64,000 nt of DNA from Marsupella aquatica (lineage: Eukaryota; Plantae; Marchantiophyta): assembly GCA_973895155.1 (NCBI GenBank), contig OZ316899.1:10877135-10941134 (forward strand), given 5' to 3'. This document shows, in pieces, positions 63,153 to 64,000 of the stretch (within the stretch, counting starts at the first letter, position 1; each line of letters begins with the position of its first letter). The notes beneath the pieces were generated by a model. That model was not told the origin of the DNA and ran no database searches. It saw only the letters and a list, made by a program, of their open reading frames with translations. The position numbers and the translations under genes are program-made.

Positions 63153-64000
63153 TAAGGAAAAATAGGCAAACTCCGTACTTTGTTTAAGACATGTATTTAG
63201 ACAGTTTTTTGCCAGCAACATCGCTGGCCAAATTAGTGTCAATGGGGTAGGTTAAAAGTGATGTATTGTAGAGTAGGGTTTAAGGAAATATGAATTACTT
63301 TCCTCTTAAACAACCAGAATTCGTTCTCGTTAAGAGCTTGTGAGACCTAAAAGATTGTATTAACATACTTTGAGATAGTTAAGCTAACCTATCTCAGATT
63401 TTAAGCCTTTACCGACATGCTTAGGTCAGGTGGAAGGAGTTTTTAATACATCCTCAGGTATTGTGATGTTTGCATCATCAACAGTGCAATAATTAATTCT
63501 AAAACTATAACAAAACAACCAAAAGCCGGAGGCGTAAAGAGAGGATTAGGCGAGCCTTAAATGTCTCATCTCCTCTCGCCACTTAGCAATCTATGACTAA
63601 GTTAGGCACGATTAATAGTCAACAGAGAGTCTGACTAAATTAGGCTGATGCCTAAAGCTCATCCTTAAAGCCAACCATCTAAGAATTTGTAAAAGATGTA
63701 TATAAAATAGCCCGTATTAACTTTCTGACCTATGTCAAGGCAAAGGTGGTACTGATTACTCCGAACTAACTTATTCTTCTATTCAATCCTTCAGATTGCT
63801 CTTTTAGGACTACGCAATTTGTGAGTTCTCGTATGGTGCTTCTTCCACTAATACTTAATAAGCCATAAGTATTCCATAGTCAACGTGAATCTTTAGACCT
63901 TTGCATGATCTCAGGCATGCATTTCCAGTCAGCCTAAAGGTTACCTATGACATTGCTAGTCACTTTCCATAGATTTTCTAGCAAGAATGGTCACACACTA

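Larger units (their letters stand above)
56470..63228. repeat. Dispersed palindrome YAGCRA-N2-TYGCTR, six copies
   Basis: Copies at 56470, 57644, 57737, 58364, 59625 and 63211. Confidence 0.75.

Noticed and set aside
63996-64000. CACTA at the window end
   Set aside because: Only five bases with no downstream context.

Overview
The window is transposon-dense eukaryotic DNA, most likely from a land plant (bryophyte-like by inference). It contains no recognisable host gene, rRNA, tRNA or CRISPR array. Most of it is nested, decayed LTR retrotransposons: Ty1/copia of Bianca type, a near-complete Ty3/gypsy at 2982-10375, and gypsy families whose long LTRs themselves carry an ORF. There is also a composite MITE with an 8-bp TSD, a CACTA-like remnant and an ~11.6-kb inversion. 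The most striking content is two diverged, intron-containing genes (~17.5-24.2 kb and ~59.1-62.7 kb, minus strand). Both have a phage-like ParB/Srx domain followed by a beta-class N4/N6 DNA methyltransferase-like domain. In the first locus this module continues into a Ulp1 SUMO protease and an FCP1-like HAD phosphatase, and lies head-to-head with a Sola/DUF7869-type DDD transposase. Each locus is studded with its own dispersed palindrome. All domain calls come from motif reading by eye and need HMM or structure confirmation.
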